Origin: Minisyncoccia bacterium
Lineage (GTDB): Bacteria > Patescibacteriota > Minisyncoccia > Phycocordibacterales > UBA9973
Assembly (NCBI GenBank): GCA_039809205.1
Contig: JBDHUQ010000001.1
Span: 1 to 26,296, forward strand
Length of the DNA: 26,296 bases
Reading direction: 5' to 3'
The position numbers and the translations under genes are program-made. Positions 8,144 to 16,386 of this stretch are shown piece by piece. A model generated the notes under the pieces. The model ran no database searches. It had not been told where the DNA came from and was given only the letters and a program-made list of their open reading frames with translations. Position 1 is the first letter of the stretch, and the number at the start of each line of letters is the position of its first letter.

Positions 8144-9299
8144 TGGTTTTTTTCCAGTATTTTTTACCTTTTAATTTTTCTGGAAGTAGATCTTCTTTTG
8201 TGTATTTTTCGTAACCTTCATGATAGCCAAGATCTTTCATAAGTTTAGTTGGTGCATTTCTAATGCTCATAGGTATAGGAAGGTTGCCGTATTTTTTAGC
8301 ATCTCCTAAGGCTTCCAAATAAGAATAATAAACGGCTTTTGTTTTTGGTGCTTCTGATAAATAGATAGCTCCATGAGTGAGGTTAATACCAGCTTCTGGA
8401 TAGCCTATGGTTTCTACTGCTCTAAAAACAGCATTTGCCAAAACTAAAGCTTGGGGATCCAACATACCAATATCTTCAGAAGCAAAGATAACCATACGTC
8501 TGGCAATAAACTTTGGGTCTTCTCCAGCCTCAATCATACGAGCTAAATAATACAAAGCTGCATCTGGCTGACTAGCACGCATGCTTTTAATAAAGGCAGA
8601 AATAGTATTGTAGTGCTCATCGCCTTTTTTATCGTAACGCAAGAACTTGGACTGAATCGTTTGAGTTAAGTTTTTAACTGTAATCTTCCCATATAGAGAA
8701 ACGGTATTTTCAATAATGGTGATTACTTGTCGAGCATCGCCGCTAGAGATATTTAAAATCCATTCTTTTTCTTTTTCGCCCATTTTATAACCAGTTCTTG
8801 AAATTATTTTTTCTACCTCTTCATTTTTCAAGCTCTCCATCACAAACACCCTTAGTCTTGAAAGTAGGGGAGATATAATCTCAAAAGAAGGATTTTCTGT
8901 TGTGGCTCCGATCAGGGTTAGTTTGCCACTTTCGACAGCCGGTAGTAGATAGTCTTGTTGGGCTTTATTAAATCGATGAATCTCATCTAAAAATAAAATT
9001 TTAGGGCCAAATAATTCTCCTCTAGACTCTATTATTTTTCGAATATCTTCTTTGCTCGCTGAAACTGCTGAGAGTTCGTGATAGTCAGCACTTAAGGCTT
9101 CGGCATAGATACGAGCTAGGGTGGTCTTACCTACGCCAGGAGGGCCCCAGAGGATAAATGAAAATAGCTGTTTTTCTTCAATAGCTACCCGAAGTGGACC
9201 CTTGGCGTTCTCTTTTCCATCGCCTAAACCAACCAAGTGTTCTTGGCCAACAAATTCTTCTAGATTTTTAGGTCTGATTTTAGAAGCAAGGGGTTCCAT
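8136..9299 (-). CDS. rarA: Replication-associated recombination protein A (AAA+ ATPase)
   Basis: PLASKIRP, LWGPPGVGKTTLA, LDEIHRFNKAQQD, GATTENPSF, ISAFIKSMR, ASEDIG; start placed at 9299 (MEPL) because TATACT lies 6 nt upstream; ORF track extends to 9314. Confidence 0.95.
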   Translation of the reverse strand: MEPLASKIRPKNLEEFVGQEHLVGLGDGKENAKGPLRVAIEEKQLFSFILWGPPGVGKTTLARIYAEALSADYHELSAVSASKEDIRKIIESRGELFGPKILFLDEIHRFNKAQQDYLLPAVESGKLTLIGATTENPSFEIISPLLSRLRVFVMESLKNEEVEKIISRTGYKMGEKEKEWILNISSGDARQVITIIENTVSLYGKITVKNLTQTIQSKFLRYDKKGDEHYNTISAFIKSMRASQPDAALYYLARMIEAGEDPKFIARRMVIFASEDIGMLDPQALVLANAVFRAVETIGYPEAGINLTHGAIYLSEAPKTKAVYYSYLEALGDAKKYGNLPIPMSIRNAPTKLMKDLGYHEGYEKYTKEDLLPEKLKGKKYWKKTNE

Positions 9300-9399
9300 A
9301 TTCTTAGTATACATACCGAGTCAACTGCCAAATCCTTACGCCAATGTTCTTATTTGCAGAAAATAAGATACAAATGTAAAGTATAAGGTACTCTTTTTT

Positions 9400-11169
9400 A
9401 TGAAGAAAAATAAACCAGAAGCAAAAAATAAAGAAACCAGGCAAAAGGGCCAAAGAGGCCCAAGTGTTTTTTCTATTTTAGGTCCCTACAAAAAGATGAT
9501 TGCCCTTTTGATCAGTTTTGCACTTGCAACCAATGCTTTGAATCTATTCATTCCACGAATTATCTCCCGGAGTATTGATTCCTATATTTCCGGAACGCTT
9601 GTGGTCAGTCAGATGATATTGCAGTTCTCCATAGCCATGATATGTATCTTTGTTTTTCTTTATTTGCAAAGTATTGTACAAACATATGCTTCTGAGAGAG
9701 TAGCCAAAGATACGCGCACCAAGCTTTCAGCAAAAATTTCTCGCCTTCGCTATTCTGATATAGAAACTATCGGATCATCAAAGCTTCTGACTACACTTAC
9801 TTCTGATATTGATTCCATCAAAATGTTTGTGTCAATGGCAATAGCTTCGATTGTTTCTTCTTTGGTTGTCATTATTGGCGTTGCCGTCTTGCTTCTTACT
9901 ATTAATTGGCGACTTGCACTTGTCGTACTTGCTGTTATACCAGTTATTGGTTTTACCTTTGCCATTATTTTTTCTAAAGTGAAAGGTCTCTTTGGTAAGA
10001 CGAGAGAAGTAGTTGATAAGCTCAACAAGGTTATTAATGAAAGCATTCTTGGTGCAGCTATTATTCGAGTCGTGAATGCTCAGCAAGAACAATCTAGAAA
10101 ATTCCTTGAAGTAAATACGGAAGCTCGAAGCGTAGGTCTTTCTATCTTGGCACTTTTTGCTGCCCTGATTCCTATTATTACTTTTGTTTCTGGCTTAGCC
10201 ACTCTTGGCATCGTAGTTCTTGGAGGAAAATTTGTGATCGGTGGATCTATGACTCTTGGATCTTTTACTGCCTTTTATAGTTATGTTGGTATGTTGGTTT
10301 TTCCTATTATTATGATTGGTTTTATGAGTAACTTCATTGCACAAGCTTCAGCTTCATATGCTCGAGTCCAGGGTGTGATAGATACCACAGAGATTCCCCC
10401 AACTGGTATCAATAAAGCTGTTATTGCTGGAGATGTTGAAGTTAGACATCTTACTCAGACATATGGTGAGAAAACAGCACTTAAGGACGTCAGTTTCAAG
10501 GTAAAAGCTGGCACTAAAACAGCTATCATCGGTCCTACCGCAGCGGGGAAAAGTCAACTTCTATATATTCTTACTGGTCTTGTAATTCCAACAGAAGGAG
10601 AAGTGTTCTATGACGGCATAAAAATTACTGAGTACGACATAGAACATTTTCATGCCCAAGTCGCTTTGGTCTTTCAAGACAGTAGCATGTTCAATATGAG
10701 TATTAGAGAAAACATTGCCTTTAACACTTCCGTGACAGAAGAGTCTTTGAAGAAGGCGATTGAAACTGCTGAACTTGGAGATTTTATCAATACGCTCCCA
10801 CAAGGCCTCGACACTATTGTTTCAGAGCGCGGAACAAGTCTCTCTGGCGGACAAAAACAGCGTATTATGCTTGCTCGGGCACTCGCTATTAATCCAAAAG
10901 TTTTGCTACTTGACGATTTCACCGCTCGAGTTGATACAAAAACTGAAAAATCAATTCTCCAAAATATTTCTCAAAACTATCCAGAGCTTACGTTAATTTC
11001 AGTCACTCAAAAACTTGCAGCTATAGAAAACTATGACTCTATCGTTGTGTTAATGGAAGGGGAGCTCTTGGCACAAGGAACACATGCTGAGCTTATGAAT
11101 ACTTCGCCAGAATATGTTCAAATATATAACTCACAACAATCAACAAATGCTTATGAAGTACGCACTTAA
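9400..11169 (+). CDS. ABC exporter subunit (TMD+NBD) with degenerate catalytic motifs
   Basis: Six-helix TMD; Walker A GPTAAGKS, signature LSGGQKQR, Walker B LLLDD (E to D), switch TQK (H to Q). Confidence 0.93.
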   Translation: MKKNKPEAKNKETRQKGQRGPSVFSILGPYKKMIALLISFALATNALNLFIPRIISRSIDSYISGTLVVSQMILQFSIAMICIFVFLYLQSIVQTYASERVAKDTRTKLSAKISRLRYSDIETIGSSKLLTTLTSDIDSIKMFVSMAIASIVSSLVVIIGVAVLLLTINWRLALVVLAVIPVIGFTFAIIFSKVKGLFGKTREVVDKLNKVINESILGAAIIRVVNAQQEQSRKFLEVNTEARSVGLSILALFAALIPIITFVSGLATLGIVVLGGKFVIGGSMTLGSFTAFYSYVGMLVFPIIMIGFMSNFIAQASASYARVQGVIDTTEIPPTGINKAVIAGDVEVRHLTQTYGEKTALKDVSFKVKAGTKTAIIGPTAAGKSQLLYILTGLVIPTEGEVFYDGIKITEYDIEHFHAQVALVFQDSSMFNMSIRENIAFNTSVTEESLKKAIETAELGDFINTLPQGLDTIVSERGTSLSGGQKQRIMLARALAINPKVLLLDDFTARVDTKTEKSILQNISQNYPELTLISVTQKLAAIENYDSIVVLMEGELLAQGTHAELMNTSPEYVQIYNSQQSTNAYEVRT

Positions 11170-12919
11170 CACCAACACAATAAAGGGAGAAAGAAAAAGC
11201 GGAGTCATATCTGTTATTCGTTCGCTCTGGCCGCTTCTTTTGACTGAGAAAAAGAAATTAGTATATGCCTTTGTAGCTATTATCTGTAATTCAGCACTTA
11301 CTCTTGCGGCACCTTTGTTGATTGGGCACATTGTTGATACATATATCGTAAAGAGAGATTTTCATGGAGTGTTGGTTTTTGGTGGGATATTGCTCTTGGT
11401 ATACATTGGAGGCTTGATTACGAGCTATTTGCAAACCAATCTCATGGGTACTGTTGGACAAGGTGCTCTCTATAATGTTCGTCATAAGCTCTTTACTAAA
11501 ATTCAGTCCCTACCGATTGCCTTCTTCAATCAAAATAAATCAGGTGATTTGATTTCTCGTATCAACAATGATACTGACAAGCTCAATCAAGTTATTTCTC
11601 AGCAACTTGTCCAGCTTGTCGGCGCTGTGGTTGTAATGATTGGTGCTGCTATAACTCTCGTTTCGCTTAATCCAAAGCTCGGTTTGGTGGCACTGATTCC
11701 TGCAATCGCTGTTTTTATTTTCACTCGCGTGCTTTCTCCTTGGGTCAAAAAAAGAAATCTGAACAACTTAAAAAGCATTGGAAGCTTGAGTGCAGAAGTT
11801 CAAGAATCACTCTCAAACTTCAAAGTCATTGTTGCGTTTAATCGTCGAGATTATTTTAGGACCCGTTTTGCTGAAGCAAACCAGAAGACATACAGTGCTG
11901 CAACCAAAGCAGGGGTTGCAAACAATTTATTCCAGCCAGTATATGGCCTATCTTCAAACATTGCCCAGCTCTCTGTTCTTGCTTTTGGTATCTCTCTTAT
12001 AACGCAGGGGTTTTTGACCATTGGACTATTGGTGAGTTTCTTGGCATATGTCACAAACTTCTATTTTCCGCTTCAGCAACTGGCTGCAACCTGGGCGAGC
12101 TTCCAGGTAGCTATGGCCGGCTGGGATCGCATCAGTGAAATTTTATCCCTTGAAACAAACCTTATTCATATTGAAGGAGGTAAGAAATCTAAAGAAGACG
12201 ATTCTGTGCTCTCATTTGCTGATGTTGACTTTGCCTATCCTGATGGACCACTTGTACTCCATGATATTAGTTTTTCACTAGACAAAGGTAAGACATATGC
12301 ACTTGTTGGTCCAACAGGAGGTGGCAAGACAACCACTGCTTCTCTTATGGCTCGCTTGTATGATCCGACACAAGGAATGGTCCTCTTGAAAGGCAAAGAT
12401 ATACGAGAATATGGAGATGAGGAGCGGACAGAAACGATCGGATTTATTTTACAGGAACCATTTCTCTTTAGTGGCACTCTTAAAGACAATATTTTGTACG
12501 GCAATAAGAAATATCAAGATTATGATTTTAAACAAACAGAAGAACTAGTAAAAGAGTCTGGTCTTTCTGATCTTCTTTCACGGTTTGAACAAGGTCTTGA
12601 AACTCCAGTTTCAGTTGGAGGAAGTTCTATAAGTCTTGGACAGAAACAGCTCATTGCCTTTATTCGAGCAGTACTTCGAAAGCCTGAGATTTTGATTCTT
12701 GATGAGGCAACTGCAAATGTGGATACTTTGACTGAAGAAAGTCTTCAAGTTGTTTTGGATAAACTTCCGAAAGAAACCACTAGGGTTATTATTGCTCATC
12801 GACTTCATACGATTGCAAAAGCAGATGAGATATTCTTTGTAAACAGCGGGGAAGTGGTTTCTGCTGGATCCATGGAGCATGCTGTAGAAATGCTGATGCA
12901 TGGCAAGAGAAAAAGTTAG
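11147..12919 (+). CDS. ABC exporter subunit (TMD+NBD), partner in a heterodimer
   Basis: Walker A GPTGGGKT, signature ISLGQKQL, Walker B ILILDEAT, IAHRL; overlaps end of the first subunit; start at 11147 or 11153. Confidence 0.93.
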   Translation: MLMKYALNTNTIKGERKSGVISVIRSLWPLLLTEKKKLVYAFVAIICNSALTLAAPLLIGHIVDTYIVKRDFHGVLVFGGILLLVYIGGLITSYLQTNLMGTVGQGALYNVRHKLFTKIQSLPIAFFNQNKSGDLISRINNDTDKLNQVISQQLVQLVGAVVVMIGAAITLVSLNPKLGLVALIPAIAVFIFTRVLSPWVKKRNLNNLKSIGSLSAEVQESLSNFKVIVAFNRRDYFRTRFAEANQKTYSAATKAGVANNLFQPVYGLSSNIAQLSVLAFGISLITQGFLTIGLLVSFLAYVTNFYFPLQQLAATWASFQVAMAGWDRISEILSLETNLIHIEGGKKSKEDDSVLSFADVDFAYPDGPLVLHDISFSLDKGKTYALVGPTGGGKTTTASLMARLYDPTQGMVLLKGKDIREYGDEERTETIGFILQEPFLFSGTLKDNILYGNKKYQDYDFKQTEELVKESGLSDLLSRFEQGLETPVSVGGSSISLGQKQLIAFIRAVLRKPEILILDEATANVDTLTEESLQVVLDKLPKETTRVIIAHRLHTIAKADEIFFVNSGEVVSAGSMEHAVEMLMHGKRKS

Positions 12920-12933
12920 AATAAGGGTTAGAA

Positions 12934-12961
12934 AAAAGCCTGCTTATGGAGCAGAGCTTTT
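12934..12961. terminator. Probable bidirectional terminator between convergent genes
   Basis: aaaagc-ctgct-tatgg-agcag-a-gctttt imperfect hairpin with A and T flanks. Confidence 0.6.
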
Positions 12962-12963
12962 AG

Positions 12964-13374
12964 TTAATTCTTTTTGGTATATGTACCCGAGTAAGAAACT
13001 CCTTTCGACGTATCAATCTTAAGAGCGATACCAAGATCTTCAGCAAACAATTTGATAAGGTTAAGTCCTATACCAAAGTTCGTGCCAGGGTTGATTGAAC
13101 TCCAATTTTTTGCACAATCAGCAAGATTTACCGGCTCTGTACCATCATCCTTTATACAAAAGGTATATTGGGAACCAGCTTGTTCAATAAAAATAGATCC
13201 TTTTCCTCCTGCGTGATCAAAAATATTTTTTGCTATTTCATGGAGCAGCGCGTCTAATGTCATCTGTTCCTCAATAAAATCTATCACCTGAACACGGCTA
13301 GATTGTAAGAATTCGTCTCGGTCAAGTACAGTCCCATCAAATAATATATGGAGGGTCTTTTCTTGTTTTTTCAT
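12964..13374 (-). CDS. Stand-alone GHKL/HATPase_c-fold protein (anti-sigma-factor/Ser kinase-like)
   Basis: N box HEIAKNIFDHA, G1 box IKDDG, G2 box GIGLNLI in 136 aa; no HisKA domain seen. Confidence 0.75.
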   Translation of the reverse strand: MKKQEKTLHILFDGTVLDRDEFLQSSRVQVIDFIEEQMTLDALLHEIAKNIFDHAGGKGSIFIEQAGSQYTFCIKDDGTEPVNLADCAKNWSSINPGTNFGIGLNLIKLFAEDLGIALKIDTSKGVSYSGTYTKKN

Positions 13375-13435
13375 AAAGAAATACTTTGTTTCAAGTCACT
13401 TTAGTCCAACAATAAAAGAAAGTAAAGAGGTATTT

Positions 13436-13460
13436 GCGGTGTACTCGGGTATGGTACCCA
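13436..13460 (-). repeat. Degenerate tRNA-3'-end-like site E
   Basis: + strand GCGGTGTA-ctcgggtatg-GTACCCA; same GCGG-N16-AC frame as the tRNA-Ser 3' end and same GCGGTGTA-N10-GTACCCA as site C. Confidence 0.6.
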
Positions 13461-13503
13461 GACCGTCAATCTCCATAAGAACAGTTTTAGATAATTTCAG
13501 AGA

Positions 13504-14010
13504 TTAAACTGAGGATTGTGGGTCGCGAGAAGCAAAATATTTAAAGGTGAAAAGTGTACCCCAGACTATAATTATCAAACAGAAAAAATCTGCAATCCAC
13601 CAATATGGGCTATCAAACTTTCCAACCAGCCCATGAGTAAAAGTTACAGCTATATAATCTTCAAACACAAAATAAAAAGGTAGGACTGCCATAAAAGGGA
13701 CCACCCACTTGGGGTGTTTTGAATAAACCCACCAGTAAACTAAACAGAGACTTCCGCCGACAAAGAAGCTGACAGCGATATAGAAATCAAGGGGAAACCC
13801 AAGCACAAGTCCATTTGCGGTGTAATGCCAAAATCCATATTTCTGCTCAAAGAAATCTACGATCAGATTGAGGATTCCTGCGATCCAGCACATCCTAAAA
13901 ACAAGAGTTACCAAATATTTCGGAGCGCGAACCAATTTTGCTACAAGAAAAATACTGCCTGCTCCAGCAAAAATCAGCCCGACTCTTATAATTGTGATCA
14001 CTGACACCAC
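13504..14010 (-). CDS. Hypothetical multi-pass membrane protein
   Basis: 168-aa ORF, GTG start with TAAAAT 6 nt upstream, about five hydrophobic segments; no family recognised. Confidence 0.7.
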   Translation of the reverse strand: MVSVITIIRVGLIFAGAGSIFLVAKLVRAPKYLVTLVFRMCWIAGILNLIVDFFEQKYGFWHYTANGLVLGFPLDFYIAVSFFVGGSLCLVYWWVYSKHPKWVVPFMAVLPFYFVFEDYIAVTFTHGLVGKFDSPYWWIADFFCLIIIVWGTLFTFKYFASRDPQSSV

Positions 14011-14016
14011 TTAACA

Positions 14017-14116
14017 ATTTTAGCTTACTTACGCGAGTTTAGGTACTCGGGTCTGCCGATAAAAAGTTCTTACTGCGGGCCACTCGGGATTCAAACTTTC
14101 AAGCTCAAGCCCTGTA
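14017..14116 (-). repeat. Cassette-head repeat A (promoter + conserved spacer + degenerate tRNA 3' half)
   Basis: 14049-14103 aligns without gaps to 17204-17258 (34/55 identical, including 13-bp gggtctgccgata and gggattc.aac); colinear with repeat B. Confidence 0.85.
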
Positions 14117-14184
14117 GGGGTTTCTTGGAAAATTTTGGTAACTAATTTTGAGGCACATGAGTCTAGTTGATATATAATATCTTC

Positions 14185-14931
14185 ATGGAAAACGAAGAAT
14201 TCACACTTGGAGATCTCCTAAACAGAGAACATGAGCTTGTTTTGACTGCAATGCAAGAAAATAGATATTTTATTCATGCCGAAAACATGGTCACTCTTTT
14301 GAATAACGTAGTCCATACTGTTGATAGGCCACTGAGGATATTTTTCTTTCAGTTTTTGTCTCAAGTAAGGAATCACTTAACACTAGCACTTTTCTCAAAT
14401 GCTCGACTTCATTATGTACAAGCTGGTATGAACTTGCGACAAGTACTTGAAGCGGGAGCATGGGCGGCATATGGCATGGCTCACGAGGAAAGCACGCTTT
14501 TCTATACTGAACAAGATGGACGAATCACAACTCCAGAAAATTTAAGTCGAGCGAGAAATACTTGGCTTAATACAAACTACCCAGAAAAATCAGAAACGAT
14601 AAGGAACCTTAAAAATAATTTGAATGAATCCGTTGCCCATTCAAATGTCACATACACGACGATGAATTTTGGTTTTAATGATGGAGTTACTCCTGGGTTT
14701 ATAACTTCTTTTTTTGATTCTGAGGATGGATTCCAGATGAATATGGGATTGCTTGCAACTGCCAATTTCGCAATGGGGATGATTGATTTATTTGTAACTA
14801 TTAACCAAAATGAACATGTGTTTCAGACACCAGAAGGTTTTGCTGAGCAATTTATCAATCTGGTACAAGAACATAATTCATTGCGTAGAGAAATGGAAAA
14901 TCATCCGCGCTTGAGACAAGCAAGGCAGTAA
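14185..14931 (+). CDS. Hypothetical protein, possibly HEPN/DUF5677-like helical fold
   Basis: ATG 14185 with TATAAT 6 nt upstream; LRQVLEAGAWAAY and LNESVAHSN resemble the R..lE and late ..H motifs of DUF5677/HEPN-like families (recognition by eye only). Confidence 0.6.
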   Translation: MENEEFTLGDLLNREHELVLTAMQENRYFIHAENMVTLLNNVVHTVDRPLRIFFFQFLSQVRNHLTLALFSNARLHYVQAGMNLRQVLEAGAWAAYGMAHEESTLFYTEQDGRITTPENLSRARNTWLNTNYPEKSETIRNLKNNLNESVAHSNVTYTTMNFGFNDGVTPGFITSFFDSEDGFQMNMGLLATANFAMGMIDLFVTINQNEHVFQTPEGFAEQFINLVQEHNSLRREMENHPRLRQARQ

Positions 14932-14936
14932 ATTTT

Positions 14937-15524
14937 CTATTTTAAAAATATTACTTTTACTACAAAAGTAATCACCCCTAAAATACCGAGGATAATTCCT
15001 AGTTTTCCCCAAAGTTGACCTGCCCCAAAAGACATATCTCTAACTTTTTCTTTCGTTCTTTGAAAAGCAATTACAGGACCAACCGATAATAGACTAATCG
15101 CAATTCCAATGAGTGCACCCCAACGAGCACTTCTTAAGAAACTTGCATTAAAAATGCTTGCCCATATACCGACTACAAGCGCATAAAGTATTATGTAGAA
15201 GAATGAATCCCAAATAGCTGTCCCTACCGCCTGACTTCTCGAAATAGAAGTGCCCACTGCATTTATTCTTTCCCCGAGCTCTCTTATGGTCTCTGGATCA
15301 TTAGTATTTTTACCCTGAGACTCTGCGTCGGCAATCATTTTGTCGGCAAGGTTAGCCTTCATTTGTAGCGTCTCTAAAAGGAAAATATTGCTGTCTTTTA
15401 TATCTGTAAGATTTTCCAATCCTAATTTGGCAGCGCGATATTTACCATTTATAGCATTATCTCTGGAGTAGATATCGGCCTTAATAAGTGCACCCTTTTC
15501 CTTAAGATTCTCGACTTTTTTCAT
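14937..15524 (-). CDS. Hypothetical protein, soluble N-terminus and three C-terminal transmembrane helices
   Basis: 195-aa ORF; TAGAAT 6 nt before ATG; hydrophobic segments in the C-terminal half. Confidence 0.7.
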   Translation of the reverse strand: MKKVENLKEKGALIKADIYSRDNAINGKYRAAKLGLENLTDIKDSNIFLLETLQMKANLADKMIADAESQGKNTNDPETIRELGERINAVGTSISRSQAVGTAIWDSFFYIILYALVVGIWASIFNASFLRSARWGALIGIAISLLSVGPVIAFQRTKEKVRDMSFGAGQLWGKLGIILGILGVITFVVKVIFLK

Positions 15525-15530
15525 AATTCA

Positions 15531-15632
15531 ATTCTAGCTTAAAAAGACCTTTTAAGGTACTCGGGTCATGCCGATAACAGGTTCTTAATGCGGAGAGCCT
15601 CGTGTTGGAACTTTTCTCGGACAAGCCCTGTA
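15531..15632 (-). repeat. Cassette-head repeat B
   Basis: Shares aggtactcgggtc, tgccgataa, gttctta, tgcgg, aacttt and caagccctgta with repeat A in the same order and nearly the same spacing; gcggaga matches the tRNA acceptor end. Confidence 0.85.
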
Positions 15633-15682
15633 AGGTTGATTTCAGACATTTCGAGAAATTAAGATAACGCGTCTCGTGCAGA

Positions 15683-16237
15683 CTAGCCTCTCGATGATTT
15701 TCTAAACTCATCAAACTTTTCTTTCAACGAATCAAAATCTGTAATTCCAAGATCCCAAGAGTCCAAGCCTTCAGCGACCACAGTAAAGCCATCTTTTTGA
15801 ATATCCGCTCCCACTGTTTGCCATTGTGGCTCGATGATTTCCCAACCTTTTGCTTTGTCGTATACACCAACAAAAATATGTCCATCGTTGTTTTCAAAAT
15901 TCTCCAATCCTTTGGTCTGTATCGTCTCAATATACTTTGCAGGGATGCCTGCAGCTCGGGCAAGAGCAATAAATGCTAACCCTTCATCTGTGCACCCTGT
16001 AATAAAGCCATCTTCTATAATCTGATCCGCTGTTCTTTTTCTAAAGATCTCGCGCTTGTTAGTTTGATCCATCCGTAGGTTTTTGATGTATTGAAATATA
16101 CCCTCAATTTTCTCTTCGAACGATCCATTAAAAGAAGATGCGGCCTCCCTGATTCTCGAAGTGATAATTGTCTGCTCGCCAGACTGCAAGTAGCGCTGGA
16201 CTTCGGGACTGTACGGTGATGTTTCCATTGATTCCAT
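15683..16237 (-). CDS. Transglutaminase-like (papain-fold) protein
   Basis: GCTDEGLAFIALARAAGIPAKYI, GHIFVGVY, GWEIIEP: Cys-His-acid triad with Glu at the usual Asp position. Confidence 0.85.
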   Translation of the reverse strand: MESMETSPYSPEVQRYLQSGEQTIITSRIREAASSFNGSFEEKIEGIFQYIKNLRMDQTNKREIFRKRTADQIIEDGFITGCTDEGLAFIALARAAGIPAKYIETIQTKGLENFENNDGHIFVGVYDKAKGWEIIEPQWQTVGADIQKDGFTVVAEGLDSWDLGITDFDSLKEKFDEFRKSSRG

Positions 16238-16290
16238 AATCCAATTATATCAGAATGCTTTCTTTTAAAGTGTCTCGTGCTATCTGTTAA

Positions 16291-16317
16291 TGGCGGTGTA
16301 TGTGAGTTAAGTACCCA
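16291..16317 (-). repeat. Degenerate tRNA-3'-end-like site C
   Basis: + strand TGGCGGTGTA-tgtgagttaa-GTACCCA; TGGCGG equals the reverse complement of the tRNA CCGCCA end; GCGG-N16-AC frame. Confidence 0.6.
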
Positions 16318-16386
16318 CGCTATCAATGTTAATAAGGGTATTTTAGCGAGGTTTTGGGTATTGAAACAAGGTGTGTGGGTCGGGGT

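Noticed and set aside
9313-9322. ataccgagtc upstream of the ABC operon as a sixth array site
   Set aside because: Only a partial match to the actcgggta core and no GCGG-N16-AC frame.
12984-12993. Inverted copy of tactcgggta that could pair with 13442-13451 as terminal inverted repeats around the HATPase gene
   Set aside because: Only 10 bp and inside coding sequence (Y-S-G-T codons); no transposase; probably chance.
14049-14116. Functional tRNA at repeat A or B
   Set aside because: T-stems do not pair, and no D-arm, anticodon arm or 5' acceptor strand is present.
15502-15714. 70-aa minus-strand ORF across repeat B
   Set aside because: Overlaps both neighbours, spans the repeat and promoter, and the frame is not kept in repeat A.
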